From positions 3,297,757 to 3,361,756 of the forward strand of contig MU054187.1 of assembly GCA_013239625.1 (NCBI GenBank): a DNA stretch of 64,000 bases. The letters run 5' to 3'. Below are positions 1 to 12,028 of the stretch, piece after piece. Numbering within the stretch: position 1 is the first letter of the stretch; each line of letters opens with the position of its first letter. Source of the stretch: Lama guanicoe (lineage: Eukaryota). The notes under the pieces were generated by a model. It was not told the origin of the DNA. It saw only the letters and a list, made by a program, of their open reading frames with translations, and did not search any database. The position numbers and the translations under genes were made by a program.

Positions 1-72
1 AATTCTTTCAGCCTGAAATATTCAATATGCCAACGTGTCATATTCTGGGGTAGCAAGCCCTCAACTCTGTCA
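1..72 (-). mobile_element. End of an ERV1-type LTR (MER31/MER4-group-like), truncated by the window edge
   Basis: aatatgccaacgtgtcatattctggggtagca...tca resembles the reverse-complemented terminus of these LTRs. Confidence 0.4.
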
Positions 73-130
73 AAGTCAAAACTTCGCTGTGAACTCACAC
101 TTCCAGCAGTAATTTCTAAACTAAGTTAAA

Positions 131-220
131 TTTCTTTTCCTTCTTTCCTTCATCCCATCCTCCCTTTCTCCCTTTCTTTCTCTTTCTTTCTTTCTCTCTT
201 TCCTTTTCTCTCTTTCCTTT

Positions 221-279
<59 letters not shown>

Positions 280-315
280 CTTTCCTTTTCTTTCTTTCTT
301 CCTTTCTTTCTTTCA
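131..315. repeat. (TTTC)n / TC-rich simple repeat
   Basis: Directly visible; accounts for the Lys/Glu/Arg-rich ORF 116..316. Confidence 0.95.
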
Positions 316-929
316 TTCAACTACTGACTCTGTCAGTAAATCTCTATAATCATCCCAAACCAGCAGTGACATAGGTCATTTCAAGTAAGTGTGTCTCCCC
401 AAACAGAGTCTTGTGGCTCAAAATATTAAGGGCACCTCAAACTATGACAGCTCTGAAAGGGGACCGCTGTACTCATAGCAGCAGGCGTGGCGGGGAGCCT
501 CGCTGTAGTCACGAAAGGTGCACGTGGAGCTGGCTCACCTGAGCTGGGGAGAGGCCTACTTATTTCTAAAACAAGGTTGTGCTAGAAGAGGCTGGTTGGA
601 TGGGGCTCAGCTCCCCTGGACAGAGGACCTGGAAGCTGGGTATCAGTCCCAAGGTTTAAGAACTGCCGATGTGCCAGACATTTTGTCCTCTAAGACCAGA
701 AGAGCCCTTGCCAGGTCTGAGTCCACCTTTTGGAAAGGAAGGCGTCTCTCACACCCAGAGACATATTAAAAGAAATTTCACGGTGCTCCTCAGTAATCCG
801 GACTGCGAGGTTCTTTTCTTTGTATTTATTTTTGAGCAATGAAGGTAACACCTAATATTTGTAAAACTCTTATAGTTTACAAAGTGTGTTCACAGCCAGT
901 GGGGCGCTTTCTCCCCTCGGGCAGAGAGC

Positions 930-1270
930 CCAGCCTGCACAGGCGACTCAGCCGCAGCACCGCCCCCAGGGCACAGGCTCCCAGGACCCCCCTCGGTGTC
1001 TTACCTGGGGCGGGGTGGGGTGGCACTGGCGGTCCCCACCCCCACCCCCACCCCGCAGGAGATGCTGGGAGAAGGCGGGAGGCGGGGCCTGGGAGCGGGG
1101 CGCGGGTTGCTAGGCCGGTGACCCCCAGCTTTGCGGCCCTGCACGCCCTCGCGTCCCGGCGGGTCGGCTCGCGGAGCCAGTCCGGCCCGAGAACAGATGA
1201 TGCTGCAAATGCGCGCGCTCCGCGTATTCGGTCCTTTTTTGTAAATCACCTAGAAAGGCCTTGCCGGGCT
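930..1270. promoter_or_regulatory. Intronic CpG-rich patch with G-tracts and (CCCCCA)n
   Basis: Dense CpG; GGGGCGGGG GC box at 1007-1015. Confidence 0.5.
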
Positions 1271-3047
1271 TGAAAGCACAATTTATTGCTGCAGTATCAA
1301 GTGGTCCCAGCGCAAGCCGTGTCCCTTTTATTGACAAAGTAAAACCGAGGTGATGCAAAGGACAGGGCACCCGAAAACAGGGCAGAAGCTGGGGGTTCCG
1401 GCCCCACCCCCACCCCCAAAGGGCCTCTTTCCTTGAACCTCTCAAGAACCCTCCAATTCGACATTGGTGATCCTTGGAGAAAGCTACAGTGTGTGAAAGG
1501 CTTCTTAATTTAAAGAGCATCCATTCCTGCCAGAAACCGTCTGAGGAATAAAGCCAGGAAAAAGGAGCCGTGGGAAGCAGATAAATGAAGTGTCCGTTGT
1601 CCTTTATGGGGACCTCACAGCGGCCTGGGGACAGCTCGGGGTGGGGGCGGGGGGGGCCGCATGGCCACGGTCTCCTGGCGTCCTCTGGCCAGCTCCCTGC
1701 TCCTCCCCAAACACCCCGAACCCGGCCTCGGCCACACCTCCAGCTCCGGCTCGTTCCTGGGCTGCCTTCCCTCCCAGACAGAGCATCCTTCGGGCGCAGG
1801 CCACTCCTCTCCCGCCCCCGCCCCGCTCACCAGGCTGGCCAGCGCGTGTGTGTTTCCACACTGGCCTGCTGTTCCTCTAGGGAACTACGTCCGTGTCCTG
1901 GGCGCCTGGCCCTGCAGATGTGTTCAGTAGACGTTGATCAGAGGAAAGAGGGGAGGGAGGGGTGAGGGGGGAAAGGGGAGGACCTGGGTCTGTGCCTTCA
2001 GGATGCGAATCTATTACCCTTTTATCATTGAAAGATAAAGCCAAGCACACGTCTGCACAAATGGGTGGCGTGTCCTTGGCGAGGGCAGAGTCCCACTCAG
2101 CAGGTTCTCCCACCAGACAAGTGCTTGGCTCCCCATGTCTGTGAGCGCAAGTATTTATGCCATCTCATGTCACCATGAGCATAACGTGCCAGTGCCACCC
2201 CACAGGGCCTCAGCCCTCCTCCCCGCCGCCGACCCAGCCTGCCTCACTCTTGTTCATTTTATTTACCCAGGGTCAGCATCACCATTTTGCATCCTCTGGG
2301 CCCCCTTCCAAGTCCTCGAAGCATGAATAACTCTGAATGTGGGTGACTAGACAGAAGGTCTCATCAGAATTAACACTTGATTATAAACCCCGGGGACCCA
2401 GACTCTGTCACTGTCCCGTGGATTCCCTGAATCACAGACCCTTCTAAATAGGCCAGTAACTGTCAATACTGGTGACACGAGCAGGTGATTTGAGGCACGC
2501 GGGCCGTCACACTTAACACGCGCGGCAGCCTGCAGAGGCACCCTGGGGACATGAGAAGGAGAAACAGCCAGAGGCTCTGTCCCAGACGCTTCGGCTGGTG
2601 TGGCTGGGGCCCCGCCGGGGCGGAGCCGGCCTTCCCACAGCCAGGGGCCAGCCTGACCCAGGGGGCCGCCCTGCCCTTTGACTTCACAGATGCCCACCTG
2701 CTTTCCTTGAAATGATGAGGAAGTTTACTACTGAGGCCAGACGTCCGCGCTCCTCGCAGGGAGCTTTAGCGCCGACCTTCAAGGGGCGAGTTCACCCCGC
2801 GCCACCGAGGTTTCCTGGGACTTGGTTTCTCTGGCTGGGTGGTGGGTGGCAGGGCCTCAATTCAGGGCTTCAGTTCAGGCCGTGATCACACTATAACCAT
2901 TTCAAAAAGTGTCCCCTACATCCCCAGGTTTCATCATTGGCCCAAAACGTCTCAATGAGTTTAGGGAAGAGAGTAAGGACTTTAAAGTCGGAAACGTGGG
3001 TAAAACCCTAACTCCGCTGCTTGTTAAAAACGTGTCCACAGGTTAGA

Positions 3048-3238
3048 CGAGGGGTCAGGAAGCTGAGGCCCGTGGACCACATTCACCCCACTGCCTGCCT
3101 TTTCTCCCGTGTGAGTGCTGTCCAAGGCTGCTTCCCCGCTGCAGTGCCGAAGCCGAAGGCTCTGACAGAGCCGTGTGGCCCACAAACCCCAGAAGATTTA
3201 TTATTTGGCCCCTTACAGGAAGAAGTTGCTGCCCCTTG
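3048..3238 (+). mobile_element. MER58A-like hAT-Charlie MITE
   Basis: Ends aggggtcagg... and ...gttgctgccccttg; internal tggcccacaaacccc...tatttggccccttacag matches MER58A as recalled. Confidence 0.75.
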
Positions 3239-3239
3239 G

Positions 3240-3395
3240 TGAGACTACTTCACCTCCCTAAGCCTTGTTTTCCTCATCTGTAAAATGGGCAAAATAGAAG
3301 ACGTGGTGCTGTGGGGAACAGAGGAGGTTGCAAAGGTAGGAAGGCAGCCACACAGCCATGTTTGATACGTATCGGGGTATTTTTAACTATTATTC
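3240..3395 (+). mobile_element. MIR SINE fragment
   Basis: Core motif agccttgttttcctcatctgtaaaatggg. Confidence 0.75.
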
Positions 3396-3484
3396 TAATT
3401 TTGCTGCTGTCCATCTATGTCCCTCTTTGCCAGGAGAGAGGAGGACACAGCTCCTGTCTGCCTGTCTCTGCCCCTAATTCCCAC

Positions 3485-4488
3485 TTTTTTTTTTTATTAT
3501 TGAAGTATAGTCAGTTACAATGTGTCAGTTTCTGGTGTACAGCATAATGTCCCAGTCATGCATATATATACATATTTTCCTTTTCATATTATTTTTCATT
3601 AAAGGTTACTATAAGATATTGAATATAGTTCCCTGTGCTATACAGAAGAAATTTGTTTTTATCTATTTGTATATATAGTAGTTAGTATTTGCAAATCTCA
3701 AGCTCCCAATTTATCGCTTCCCACCTCCTTTCTCCCCGATAACCATAAGTGTGTTTTCTATGTCTGTGAGTCTTTTTCTATTTTGTAAATAAGTTTATTA
3801 GTGTCTTCTTCATTCTTTTTTTAGATTCTACATAGGAGTGATAACATATGGTATTTTTCTTTCTCTGCCTGACTTACTTCTCTTAGAATGATGATCTCCA
3901 GGTTCATCCATGTTGCTGCAAATAATATTATTTTACTCTTTTTTATGGCTGAGTAGTATTCTATTGTATAAATATACCACTGCTTCTTTATCCAGTCATC
4001 TGTTGAAGGACATTTAGGTTGTTTACATGTCTTGGCTATTGTATATGGTGCTGCTATGAACATTGGGGTGCATGTATCTTTTTGAATTAGAGTTCCCTCT
4101 GAATATATGCCCAGGAGTGGAATTTCTGGATCATGTGGTAAGTCTATTTTTATTTTTTTGAGGAATCTCCATACTCTTCTCCATAGTGGCTGTGCCAAAC
4201 TGCATTCCCACCAGCAGTGTAGGAGGGCTCCCTTTTCCCCACAGCCTCTACAGCATTTATCATTTGTGGGCTTTTTAATGATGGCCATTCTGATTGGTGT
4301 GAGGTGATAGCTCACTGTGGTTTTGATTTGCATTTCCCTGATAATCAGTAATGTTGTACATTTTTTCATGTGCCTGTTGGCCATTTGTATGTCTTCACTG
4401 GAGAATTGCTTGTTTAGGTCTCCTGCCCATTTTTGGATTGGGTTGTTTTTGGTTTTTTGTTATTAAATTGTATGAGCTGTTTATATTG
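3485..4488 (-). mobile_element. 5'-truncated, relatively young LINE-1 (camelid-type 3' UTR) with ORF2 C-terminus
   Basis: ORF 3821..4384 (MANRHMKKC...[18 protein letters not shown]...PMFIAA...YYSAIKK) is the L1 ORF2p C-terminal cysteine-rich region; poly(T) tail at 3485-3500. Confidence 0.95.
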
Positions 4489-5869
4489 ATTTCCTCTTTA
4501 TTTCTCTTCATTTTGCTCCACTGCACCCCCTACCATCCAATGGAGGAAAAACTTCAGGAAAAAGTGTGGTGGTTAAAAAAAAAATGGTATGGAAAATAAA
4601 CTTGCTCTAAAGGAAAATTTAATTCTACTGGGCATCTCAGGTTATTTGTTTTTTGTCTTTTGAGCTGTAATTTCCATCATCCTTTTATTTTTATGTAAAT
4701 TTAGCCATGCAGTTTGTAACATTATACAAGGAACAGTGACTTCCTGCCTTCTCCTAAATACAGAACGTTTTCTTTCCTAGAGAAAAAGTATTAGACGTTT
4801 CAAATTCCCACACACCGAATGTTTGCCTTCTTGGGAAATTTTAATAAAAATCTAAAAATAATAAAATTAAAGATTAAAAATGGGCTGGAGCTACGTGAGG
4901 TCATCTAGGATTTTCTTTTTTCCAATCAGAAAGAAATAACTTTCCACATTTCTTAAGGAGGATGGGAGGCACTTTGCTTCTCCCAACAACTTTCTTCAAC
5001 TGCTTTCATATTAAGTTTTTTTTTTAATTTCAGTTCAATGTTTCCCTTCCTTATCAACGTCTTGGCAGCCTTACAATTTGCCTTGCAAAGGAGTTGAAAT
5101 TCTCAGGATGGATTACGAAGAGAATGCATATCCCTACCAAAATTAAACATATTAAAGCGTTTAAACATTTTTAATCTGAACTATTACAAGGTTTAAAACA
5201 GAGATAACGTGGTTTCAATGCAAGGAGGTTCAGAGCATCTTAGATCCCACGAGGCTTGTACTGCTTTCCTTCCCTTCACCTCACTCAGCAAAGATCACAG
5301 CGGAGGGGGCTCAACTTTTTTTCAATTATTACATTCTCCCAACTGGGTGAATTCGATAGGAGTCCAGCCAAGCGGGTCTCCTGCTTTTATACCTGTAGCT
5401 AAGAGACGAGCTCTGAACACGCTGAAGAAATGGAAAACCATTCTGGTTTCGTGACCTGCTACTCTGGGCTCATATAATCAACTCAAATTGGGCAGCATTT
5501 TTCTTCCAATAAAAAATCAGGAGCACCAGGAGGGCTGTTCTCCTCCAGGAAAGCTGAAGACGAGAAAAACATGGCTTTCCTCCCAGGTGCTTATGCTTCT
5601 GATCCACTTTGTGAAAAGAACCTAAAATGGGATCCTTTGGCCTGGGAACAGGGAGGGTCACTGTGAGCCTGAAGGAGCAGGCGTGATGGAAGCCCTTCTG
5701 GAGTCAGATGTCTGAGCAGTGGCACTATTCCGGGGTCACCTCCGTCCTGCCGTATTGTTGCCCACATGCTCAGGTGGTGGGAGATTCGAGGCCTCCCGTT
5801 CTTGTCTACACCTCACCTCGCCTTTTGTGGGTGCTGATCCCATACCAGTGGCTGGGGGGACAGAGTCTG

Positions 5870-6070
5870 GAGACAGAACGGAGAGCTCAGATGCCTGCTG
5901 TCCTTGCTAATCACATCCGCTTGGGTAAGTTATTTAGCCTCTCTTTGGGTCTGTTTCCCTGAGTGCAAAACAGTGCTGGCCTCAGAGTGTTATCCCGAAA
6001 TTTAAATTGGACAAGGGATGAAGAGACCTGGCTCACCCCTGTGCACACAGCAGGGCCCCCCAAACACTCG
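5870..6070 (+). mobile_element. MIR SINE fragment
   Basis: ttgggtaagttatttagcctctctttgggtctgtttccctg resembles the MIR core. Confidence 0.6.
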
Positions 6071-6539
6071 CTCCTTCTTTACTTGTCCACAGTTGTGTGC
6101 CTCCCAGCCACTAAGGAAACCGTGAGGTTTTTTGACAAGAACTCAACGTTATATTGTCGTCTAAAATCCAATGTGTTGTCTGTCTGTCTTCTGTTTAGGG
6201 AGTGTACCTTGAGGGGGAAAAGTTATCACGTTTATGATGAGAAGACTATATATGTTATGAATGGCCATGCGATAATGTCGCCTCCATAACGAGGACGGTT
6301 ATGCTGTAAATCATACATTCCCAAACCATTGGCGAGAAAATACTTAAACTGACAGACAGGCTGGAGAAATGAGGTGAAAAGAAGGGAAGACAAGATGTTT
6401 GCGATCAAGATAGTGGGCAGATTGGGGGCAACTTGAGGCGCAACGCATGACGGATGGACTCGTTTCGGAGACCGGTTCCCAAGCGGACTGGCAGGTGCGC
6501 TGTGACGAGCACGGGTGTGGGGCGCGTTTACAAGGGGGG

Positions 6540-6740
6540 TGGGGGGGCTTAGATAAGGGGCTGGGGCAGGCTTTCCTGAGGACACGAATGGTGCTTAAAC
6601 TGGACACTGAGGGATGCGTAGGGATCAACCGGAGAGAGGTGGTTTTTCAAGGCCGAGCACAGCGTTTCTTGTCTCCAGGAAGGGAGTACGTGCGGGGAAG
6701 GAAGAGGCGGCGGCATGACTGGGGGACCAGAAGGGCCAGG
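6540..6740 (-). mobile_element. L2 LINE fragment
   Basis: ggctttcctgagga...aactggacactgagggatgcgtaggga...caaggccgagcacagc is typical of L2 3' region remnants. Confidence 0.5.
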
Positions 6741-6885
6741 GGAAGCCGGCCCCGGAGAGCTGGCAGGCCAGGCTTCCCAGGCTGAGCCCAGAAAACATCA
6801 GCTGTCAGTCAGCTTTGAGCACAGCCCTTCCATCTCTAAGGAAAGGGAGAGGTGCGTCTGGAAGGTTCAGGGAGGAGCGAGACAA

Positions 6886-6903
6886 GGCGCCCCCTGCTGG
6901 CCA
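6886..6903 (-). promoter_or_regulatory. CTCF core motif
   Basis: The minus strand reads TGGCCAGCAGGGGGCGCC, essentially the CTCF consensus TGGCCA[C/G]CAG[G/A]GGGCGC. Confidence 0.7.
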
Positions 6904-7539
6904 AAACGCGTGCTTCCCCGGTGACGGATTTCAGAACTCACTCAGGCCCGTTAGTTGATTCCGCAGGAAGGGTCTACCTGTTGTATTATTCTCTCTGCTA
7001 TTGTGTCTGTTTGAAATTCTACAAAGTAATATTTTTTAAGAGATCCCTTCTCATAAGTTGCAGTTTGGTAGTGAACGTGGGCCAGTGGCCAGGTGTTTTT
7101 CTGGGACTAACGCTTGGCTGGCCTGTGATGGGGAACGTCTCTGACCTTCCTAAGGAGTAGGAAAAACACAGGCTCATGCTGTTTGTTGAAGAATCAGAGA
7201 ACTAGAGTGCTTGGTTCATTCCCCGAACCTCCTACATCTAGGGAATTAGGCTATAAAACCTACAACATGTTCTCTGGTTTTCACCAGGAATTCCTTTTTA
7301 CACCCAAGCCACAAGAAAATGCAACAGGAACACAGATTTTATTTCAGTGTTTCAGCTTTTGCAGCTCAGGCTGAGATTGCAAAGAAGCAGAATAGGAGCG
7401 CGATGAAGAAATGTGCACATTTTGCGAGTATCTCATTCTCTCTGTGCTTCTGACTCTATATTTGGAATTCTTTCTTCCTTCCTTCACTCTTTTCTTCTTC
7501 CTTTCTTCCTTTCTTTCAAGGTATCATACTCTTCAAAGA

Positions 7540-8255
7540 ATGTCAAGTCATAAAAATTAAAGAAGGTCTGTGAAAACTAAATCAATAAGACAACTAAATG
7601 CAATACCTGGTTCTAGACTCAATCTGGCACCAGAAGAAAAATCCTTTAATGGACGTTGTTTAGGTCCATTGATGAAAATGGAATATTGATGCAGGATTAG
7701 AAAAAAAAGTATGGTACCCAAGTTAAATGGGCAGAAGTTGATACACTTACTGAGGTCGTCTAAGAGTATATCCCCCTTCATAGGAAAGAGATACTGATGT
7801 AGTTTAGGGTAAAGACTCATTGTCTTAGTCTGTTCCGGCTGCTGTAACAATACACCGCACACTGTGTGGCTAATCAACAGCAGCAATGTCTCGTTCACGG
7901 TTCTGGAAGCTGGAAGCCCGAGATCAGGTGCCAGCCTGCCCTGGTGAGAACTCTCCTCTCTTCGCGGCGAGGACTTTTAATTTCATTCTTACACAGCAGA
8001 AAGACAGCTAAGGCTCTCTACAGAAATCCTGTGCCCCCGGGCCTCCTCCTCAAAGCTTAAGCACCTCCCAGACACCCTGCCTACTAAAACCATCACCTTT
8101 AGGGGTTAGGATTTCAACGTACGAATTTGGGAAGAACACGAACACTCAGACCATAGCAGCCATAACGTACACAACACACTCTCAATTACTATTTTTATTA
8201 TTCTTGCAATTTTTCTGTAAGTTTATGATTACTTTCAAATAAAAAAGTGTTAAAA
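7540..8255 (+). mobile_element. Old L1MC/L1ME-type 3' UTR remnant, split by an MLT1 LTR
   Basis: aagacaactaaatgcaa...gatactgatgtagtttagggtaaag, then the LTR, then ...cttgcaatttttctgtaagttt...tttcaaataaaaa. Confidence 0.65.
7821..8158 (-). mobile_element. MLT1A-like MaLR solo LTR
   Basis: Termini tgtcttagtctgttccggctgctgtaacaa ... aacactcagaccatagca (TG...CA), ~340 bp. Confidence 0.85.
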
Positions 8256-10620
8256 CGTTGTTGCCTAAAGGAGCTCTTAGAGTTCCGTGTTCCAGCCGCA
8301 GAAGTTCCCGAGAATTCTACCCCGACAGTAACGCAGCGCCTTGCTGAGGGAGTCTGTGCTTGGGTGTGAAACAATTGAGCTGACAGGGTTCTCGTGAAAA
8401 GCAGAAGAACTAAGCATCCTGTGTCAGGTGTGAATTTGTAATGAGGAGTAATTCTAAGACGGCCCCCTGTTTTCTGTTCAGGCATATGTTTGTCTTATAA
8501 AAATTAACTGCTAAACAGATGAAAAAGAAAACAGTAATCAAATGAACAAGGGGAGTGCTAACTCTAGCCAAAGTGGACAATTTACAAAGGGGACGGCTAC
8601 CATGGACACGAAATTTGCCCTTGGTAGAGACTTTTTAAATTGCAAGATACATAGAAAGCAAAGCTGATAAAAAAATAAATCTTCCTTTTTCCACCACCAG
8701 CATATTGCCATAGCAGGTTCCTGGAGTGCCAAACGCAGGCTGGACTCCTTTCTCAGGACATAACAGTAAAAGGGGTAATGATGACGGGGGATTTTGGAAG
8801 AAGCCAATTTTTCAATTCTTTGAAATGTGACAACAGATAACTTTATGATGCCATGTATGTAAGGTTTTTTTTTTTTACTATTTTTCGCCACTTCAAAAAA
8901 CATCCTTTATTCACCAGTACCCTGATCTGAAATTATAGCACTGTAAACGCCTTGTGCACCAGCCTCTAACTGACCTAGAAATATTGCCAACACTGCCGAG
9001 AGGTACGGTAATAAAAGGGTTTTGTGCCGGCCAGAAAAAAACCCGGAAGTCCAGTGTGAGATGTGGATAGTCTGCTGGCTTGATTGGGAGTAGATATAAG
9101 AAGTGGCTGTTGGAAAGGATTTTCCTTATCAATTGTTTTCGGAGCTCACCTGACTCCAGGAGCATGCATAAGAAATGATTATCAAAGCTGAATGCTTTTT
9201 TTTCTATCAACTAATGTGGCTCTTTCCAGCAAGAGTCCTTCTTGCTTTTAAACTAGACTTTACTTAAAGCACTGCTTATCTGCTTTTGGGTTCATATCCA
9301 TTAAAGGGTACACCTTACGAAGAAAATGAATTTGAAAATTTAAGTATTACTTATCTGCTAATATTTTTACCCTTTACCTTAAGCTTTTTTTGTTTGTTTG
9401 CTCCAGTATCCTTTTTAAAAGAGTCATTTTTTAAATTCATTTTTCAAGGTCCATAGACAACAGCTTTTCTCAATCAAAATATAAGAAGAAAAGTACAATT
9501 CCATCCTAAGTTCTTGGCGCCCCCCTCTTCTGTCATTTCCACAGGATTAGTAATAGATCTGGTGAAGAAGAGCTAGCTGGACTTTAAAACACGCAAAACT
9601 GTGTTAGTCTTGGTAAGTCTTGTCACGGCTCATTAAGTAACCAGCTGCAATGCCGGTTGACCTGGTGTTTCAGTGACAAAGAGGAATTCTCCAAAGAGCT
9701 CTCTCCTGAAGGGGGCAGTGTGTCTTCAGTGGAGCCCTGTCCACCTCTGGACCACAGAGGTGATGCTTCTGGGGCAGGAGAGGGAAGCAATAAAAATGAT
9801 TTTTTAAATTTAGAAACCTACTTTTAGGGGCGAATCTAACCAGACGAGGCTCGCTGCATACCAAGAAAAGTGGATGATAAGTGATTTCTGTACAAGATTT
9901 AATTTGTGAAAGAATAAGAGACGAATGACAACGTGCAGACATTTCCTCTCCTTAGTAGCAGGAAGCTGTAAGAAGAGTAATCAGATGATATTAGAGCCTA
10001 CTGCACAGCAGGTATCACGAGAAACGGCCAGCGAGGGTGTGTGAGCTCCTTTTCTTATTTCCAAGAAATAGTTCACTCTCTTTTGGGGAACGGACTGCAT
10101 TTATTCTTGCCTCGAAGCAGAAAGGTAACCCAGCTAACCCTCGAGTTTCCTGTGATTATTCATCCCTTCCATTCGCAGAATCTCACAGGGGACAGGGAGC
10201 CCAGGAGATCGCCCACTTTTTAAACGAGGACACCAATTTAAATGATTGTCCAAAGTCATGCAGGTAATAAGCAGCAACGTTGAAAGAGCACCCCAGTTCT
10301 GTCCACTCCCTTCCCACAGTGCCAGTCCTACCCCTCAAAGCCACCTCCCTAGTCTGTTCACACCAAGTACACAGACTCCTGCCACCCCCTCCCAGCTTTC
10401 AGACCCCACACACCACGCTGGTCTTGAGTGGCACTGCCATTGGCTTCACAACGTCTCCATACGGCTGGGACCCCATTAAGGACAGATCCTTGGAGCCCCA
10501 GCTGAACGTTTAGTCCAGCTGAAACCCAAAGAAATTGAGAGCTGGGCTGTGGTCAGAGCCAGCCCATCCCAAGCCCCCAGCCCCACGTGGCTTCTTTCCA
10601 GGGATGACAGCACATCTCAC

Positions 10621-10654
10621 TGCTGACGACACGTCTTCCTGCTTGCCTTTGCAG
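10621..10654 (+). promoter_or_regulatory. XKR4: Branch point, polypyrimidine tract and 3' splice acceptor of the last XKR4 intron
   Basis: tgCTGAC (branch A at 10626), pyrimidine tract 10634-10650, CAG|G at 10652-10655. Confidence 0.9.
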
Positions 10655-11601
10655 GTTTCACAGCGGCCGCCTCCCTCGTGTCCTTGGCCTGGGCCCTGGC
10701 CTCTTACCAGAAGGCCCTCCGGGACTCCCGCGATGACAAGAAGCCCATCAGCTACATGGCCGTGGTCATCCAGTTCTGCTGGCACTTCTTCACCATCGCC
10801 GCCAGGGTTATCACCTTCGCCCTCTTCGCCTCGGTTTTCCAGCTCTACTTTGGGATCTTCATCGTCCTGCACTGGTGCATCATGACCTTCTGGATCGTCC
10901 ACTGTGAGACGGAGTTCTGCATCACCAAGTGGGAGGAGATCGTGTTCGACATGGTGGTGGGGATCATCTACATCTTCAGCTGGTTCAACGTCAAGGAAGG
11001 CAGGACTCGCTGCAGGCTCTTCACCTACTACCTGGTCATCCTTCTGGAGAACACCGCCTTGAGCGCCCTCTGGTACCTCTACAAGGCTCCCCAGATCGCA
11101 GACGCGTTCGCCATCCCCGCGCTGTGCGTGGTGTTCAGCAGCTTCCTGACCGGCGTGGTTTTCATGCTGATGTACTATGCCTTCTTCCACCCCAACGGAC
11201 CCAGGTTCGGGCAGTCACCCAGCTGTGCTTGTGAAGACCCCGCCGCTGCCTTCTCTCTGCCTCCGGAGGTGGCCACGAGCACCCTGAGGTCCATCTCCAA
11301 CAACCGCAGCGTGGCCGGCGACCGCGACCAGAAATTCGCAGAGCGGGATGGGTGTGTCCCTGTCTTTCAGGTGAGGCCCACGGCCCCATCCACCCCATCG
11401 TCTCGCCCACCACGGATTGAAGAATCTGTCATTAAAATTGACCTGTTCAGGAATAGGTACCCAGCGTGGGAGAGACATGTTTTGGACCGAAGCCTCCGAA
11501 AGGCCATTCTGGCCTTTGAATGCTCCCCGTCTCCTCCGAGGCTGCAGTACAAAGACGACGCTCTCATTCAGGAGCGGCTGGAGTATGAAACCACTTTATG
11601 A
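10655..11601 (+). CDS. XKR4: XK-related protein 4 (phospholipid scramblase), terminal coding exon (C-terminal ~314 aa plus stop; upstream exons lie outside the window)
   Basis: The translation (G)[33 protein letters not shown]...[10 protein letters not shown]...[10 protein letters not shown] is recognisable as XKR4, with several hydrophobic TM segments and strong GC3 codon bias. Acceptor tcttcctgcttgcctttgcAG (AG 10653-10654), phase-1 junction; stop TGA 11599-11601. The ORF-track start at 10678 is an internal GTG. Confidence 0.97.
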
Positions 11602-11975
11602 GACGAAGGGCCTGGAGGAGGGCCACGCCCTGCAGGTGCAGGGGCGACAGCGCGGCTGCGGCAATAACGAACCTGCACCCGAGAGCGGGGCGGCGGGCGG
11701 CGGTGTCCTAGCCTGACCGCCGTCAGGACGAGGTCTGACCCTCCCTCCGCCAGCCGACTGCCTGCTGCTGGCCGCCTGTCCAAGAGCAGCGGCGAGCCTC
11801 CCGTTCCACCTGCAGGGGGCGGACCAGCGCAGCAGGACCCCTTGTGGCTGCCAGCCCCTCCCGCACAGTCTTTTAGCACATCCGCCGGAGGGCACCGTTG
11901 TGATGGAAAGTGTTGCCTCCAATCAGTAGGGTGTTTTGATGGAGTTAACTGATCGTTGCATAAAATGTACTGAGT

Positions 11976-11995
11976 CATACACACACGTACACACA

Positions 11996-12028
<33 letters not shown>
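11976..12028. repeat. (CA)n microsatellite in the proximal 3' UTR
   Basis: Directly visible, with two interruptions. Confidence 0.95.

Larger units (their letters stand above)
1..10654 (+). other. XKR4: 3' part of the final XKR4 intron
   Basis: Lies upstream of the acceptor; no other XKR4-like coding sequence seen; contains interspersed repeats. Confidence 0.85.

Noticed and set aside
3821..4384. 187-aa ORF as a host gene
   Set aside because: It is the C-terminus of L1 ORF2p in a 5'-truncated copy.
3476..4500. TSD for the minus-strand L1 (attcccacttt vs atttcctcttt)
   Set aside because: Only 9/11 identical in low-complexity sequence; too weak to call.
10510..11190. 226-aa ORF antisense to XKR4
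   Set aside because: Expected shadow of a GC3-rich coding exon; no independent gene signals.
11599..11667. Possible stop-codon readthrough adding ~22 aa to XKR4
   Set aside because: The context is TGA-GAC, not the TGA-CTAG readthrough motif, and an extension would mask the terminal ETTL.
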